A program made the translations under genes and the position numbers. A stretch of DNA of 64,000 nt from Alphaproteobacteria bacterium (lineage in GTDB: Bacteria; Pseudomonadota; Alphaproteobacteria; MPNO01; UBA830), in NCBI GenBank assembly GCA_965243135.1, contig OZ251539.1, positions 3,136,001 through 3,200,000 of the forward strand, in the 5' to 3' direction. Below are positions 61,482 to 64,000 of this stretch, piece by piece. Below the pieces are notes generated by a model, which was not told where the DNA came from, did no database searches, and was given only the letters and a program-made list of their open reading frames with translations. Position 1 is the stretch's first letter, and every line of letters begins with the position of its first letter.

Positions 61482-62015
61482 GTGAGAAGGATTGTCACAG
61501 GACACGATCAGGTCGGCAAGGCCATCGTCGTCGCCGACGGAGAAGCGCCGAACGTCGTTCGGCCGGAAAACCGTCCCGGCGTCGAAATCAACAATCTCTG
61601 GGTGATCGACGGAAGCCCGGCGAAGGCGCATGGCCCGGAGGAAACGACCGACCGCAAGATCGGCCTGCTGCCGCCCGCGAACGGCTCCGTCTTCCGCATC
61701 ATCAGATTCCCGCCGGAGAAAACCTGGATCGACGATGTCGACCGGGAAGCGGCCCGGCGCAGCTTCGCGTCCGTCGGCGCCGAGACGGCCGCGGATGCGT
61801 CCGAAAAGCCTCCCCATCCCTTGATGCATCGGACGGAAACGGTCGATTACGCCGTCTGCCTTTCCGGCGAGATCTATCTGGTGCTCGACGATTCCGAAGT
61901 CCTGATGAAAGCGGGCGACGCCTGCGTCCAGCGCGGAACGAACCATGCCTGGAGCAACAGAACCGACGAAGACTGCCTCATGATGTTCGTCCTGGTCGAC
62001 GGGACGTTCGATTGA
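61482..62015 (+). CDS. Cupin domain protein
   Basis: VRRIVTGHD..GKA, MHRTETVDY, GDACVQRGTNHAWSN; RBS GGGGAG. Confidence 0.9.
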   Translation: MRRIVTGHDQVGKAIVVADGEAPNVVRPENRPGVEINNLWVIDGSPAKAHGPEETTDRKIGLLPPANGSVFRIIRFPPEKTWIDDVDREAARRSFASVGAETAADASEKPPHPLMHRTETVDYAVCLSGEIYLVLDDSEVLMKAGDACVQRGTNHAWSNRTDEDCLMMFVLVDGTFD

Positions 62016-62037
62016 ACGGGACGCAGGGGCGACCGCC

Positions 62038-63330
62038 GTGCCTGCCGCGCTCTTCACCGAGGAAGAAAACGAACTCCTGGCGCGGACCGGTCCCGGCGCG
62101 CCCATGGGCCGCCTTCTGAGGCGTTTCTGGCTGCCCGCGCTGCGATCGGACGAGATCCCCGAACCCGACGGACCGCCCGTCCGCCTGAAACTCCTGGGCG
62201 AGGATCTGATCGTCTTTCGCGACACGCTCGGACGCGTCGGCATCCTCGACCAGTTCTGCCGCCATCGCCGGGCGTCGCTCTTCTTCGCCCGCAACGAGGA
62301 ATGCGGGCTGCGCTGCAGCTATCACGGCTGGAAATTCGACGTCGAAGGACGGATCGTCGACATCCCGTCCGAACCCGATCACGCGTCCTGGAAGAGCAAG
62401 CCCCGCATCAAGGCTTACCCTGCGGCCGAGGCGGGCGGCATCGTGTGGGCCTATATGGGGCCGCCCGACAAGAAGCCTTCGCCGCCGGAGTACGAATACT
62501 GCCTTCATGGCGAGGCGCATCGTTTCGCGACGCGGCGATGGGAGGACTGCAACTGGCTGCAGGGGCTCGAAGGCGGAATCGATCCCGTTCACGTGCCGTT
62601 CCTGCACAAGTGGGAGCTGAGTTCCGACCCGCTGCACAGGAACACCGCCGGAGCGGATTTCACCGCGACGACCGACATCCATTACGACAGCGTAAACCAG
62701 CCGTATGGGGTCAACGTAATCGCGCGCCGGCCGGCCGGCGCAGAGACGTATTACTGGCGCATCGGCCAGTGGATCATGCCGTGCTTCACCATTGCGCCTC
62801 CCTACGGCGATTTCGCCATGGGTTCGAACGCCTGGGTTCCGCGCGACGACGAGAGTTTCTGGCGCTGGATCATCTCGTGCCATCCGACGCGTCCGCTGTC
62901 GAACGCCGAACGCGCCGCGATGTCGGAAGGCAAGGGCACCCACGTGAAGACGGATCCCGATACGTTGCGTCCGCTGGCCAACAGGGACAACGACTATTTC
63001 ATCGATCGCGTGGGCCAGAAAGCCGGCAAGACCTACAACGGCGTATACACGGTCGGGCTTCAGGACAAGGCGATGCAGGAAAGCCAGGGCGCGATCCACC
63101 GCCGCCATGACGAGTATCTCGTCAACAGCGACAAGTCGATCATCATGGTCCGGCGCCGCCTGCTCGACGCCGTCGACATGAACGAAAAGGGGTTCGATCC
63201 GCCGGGGCTTCGATCCGAGGACCAGCGAATTCGTGCGGCCTCGCTCGTCGCCGACCGGTCGTTGAGCTTCGAACAGGCCAGCCGCGACGCTCTGCGCACG
63301 CGCGAAGGCGTGCCGGTGACCTCCGTCTGA
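62038..63330 (+). CDS. Rieske non-heme iron oxygenase alpha subunit (phthalate 4,5-dioxygenase/LigXa-like)
   Basis: TGPGAPMGRLLRRFW; Rieske CRHR...CSYHGWKFD; mononuclear Fe EGGIDPVHVPFLH; QDKAMQESQG. Confidence 0.92.
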   Translation: MPAALFTEEENELLARTGPGAPMGRLLRRFWLPALRSDEIPEPDGPPVRLKLLGEDLIVFRDTLGRVGILDQFCRHRRASLFFARNEECGLRCSYHGWKFDVEGRIVDIPSEPDHASWKSKPRIKAYPAAEAGGIVWAYMGPPDKKPSPPEYEYCLHGEAHRFATRRWEDCNWLQGLEGGIDPVHVPFLHKWELSSDPLHRNTAGADFTATTDIHYDSVNQPYGVNVIARRPAGAETYYWRIGQWIMPCFTIAPPYGDFAMGSNAWVPRDDESFWRWIISCHPTRPLSNAERAAMSEGKGTHVKTDPDTLRPLANRDNDYFIDRVGQKAGKTYNGVYTVGLQDKAMQESQGAIHRRHDEYLVNSDKSIIMVRRRLLDAVDMNEKGFDPPGLRSEDQRIRAASLVADRSLSFEQASRDALRTREGVPVTSV

Positions 63331-63693
63331 TCGGGCGCGCAAGCCGCCCGCTTCCCGCCGATGCCCTCCGCGGCGGAGGAAGGATTCTCGAAGATCCCGT
63401 CGGCGGGAAAGCATGGCGGCAGGCGTCGCTTTCGCGGCCGAACGGCGGCGCTTCGCCGCGCCGGCAGACCGGAAGGAAGCGCGGTCCCGGGGGCGCGGAG
63501 TCTCATTGTCGAGGCGCTCGAAGAGCTTGCCGCAATCGGCCGTTTCGACAGGAACGCCCTCGACCGTTCGTCGCCGGCTTGCGGCCGTTCGCCGGAACCG
63601 TGACGAGGCGCGAACCGCCGGAGGCAAGGAGGCGTCCGGGACCGTGCCCGCTCTTTTCGTGAATTTTTGATTTCTCCATAAAAGGTTCTTTTT

Positions 63694-63815
63694 GGCCTCT
63701 TATGGCGTCTTTCCGACACAATAGGCCAAAAATAGCCTCTTGACATTCCTTCCAATAACGGCCATAGTTGGCTGCATATCGTGGAATTTCACCCTTAAGA
63801 GGCCTAATATGGCTG
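63694..63815 (+). promoter_or_regulatory. Sigma70 promoter (TTGACA-N17-CATAGT) with four GGCC-N6-GGCC-like operators
   Basis: TTGACA 63740-63745, CATAGT 63763-63768; operators start at 63694, 63724, 63760 and 63801. Confidence 0.65.
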
Positions 63816-64000
63816 ATAACGACTATAGAACGGCAACTTCGATCGGAGCGGAGCTTGGCAGGCGCTTGGCCAAGACCCGCCTCGCCCGAAACGTCACGCA
63901 GAAAGCTCTCGCCAGAGACGCAGGAATCGGGTTGCGCACGCTTCGCCGACTTGAGACGGGGCAATCGTCCACTCTCGACAGTTTCTTGCGCATCGTCGTC
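63809..64000 (+). CDS. XRE-family HTH regulator, HipB-like antitoxin (partial, runs off the window)
   Basis: Not in the ORF track; translates MADNDYRTATSIGAELGRRLAKTRLARNVTQKALARDAGIGLRTLRRLETGQSSTLDSFLRIVV; RBS AGAGG. Confidence 0.85.
   Translation, partial: MADNDYRTATSIGAELGRRLAKTRLARNVTQKALARDAGIGLRTLRRLETGQSSTLDSFLRIVV

Noticed and set aside
63400-63650. Possible DUF1778-type antitoxin remnant on the - strand (GKLFERLDNETPRP)
   Set aside because: Resemblance too short and weak to support without a search.

Overview
High-GC alphaproteobacterial (Rhodospirillales-like) chromosome segment. The ankyrin protein, Slam/T11SS modules and many catabolic genes suggest a host-associated (e.g. sponge-symbiont) lifestyle, but that is inference. 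Left to right: (1) 1-14.5 kb, housekeeping tail of the dcw cluster (ftsZ end, lpxC, bamD, recN, ligA), then aminopeptidase P, prmA, uvrD, a trypsin-PDZ protein lacking its catalytic residues and a CLC-CBS channel. (2) 14.9-22.9 kb, a surface-protein island with two divergent Slam (type XI secretion) + TbpB-like lipoprotein modules, a C18 tract in a promoter spacer, a G12 tract inside one cargo gene, a secreted ankyrin protein and an adhesin remnant. (3) 23-39 kb, class II RNR nrdJ, a DUF1302-DUF1329-YCF48-MMPL-mlaA-mlaC run, a thioesterase and a sodium:solute symporter cluster. (4) 41.8-53.5 kb, the strongest novelty candidate: a 1749-aa glycosyltransferase/kinase-like/methyltransferase megaprotein co-oriented with a translationally coupled Upf1-like SF1 helicase + unknown protein + double-HKD PLD nuclease (Mokosh-like defence module). 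(5) 54-63.3 kb, an aromatic/heterocycle catabolic cluster (SDR, UbiD, VOC, hydantoinase A/B, cupin, Rieske oxygenase). (6) The start of an XRE/HipB-like gene preceded by four palindromic operators. All family calls come from motif recognition by eye; no searches were run.
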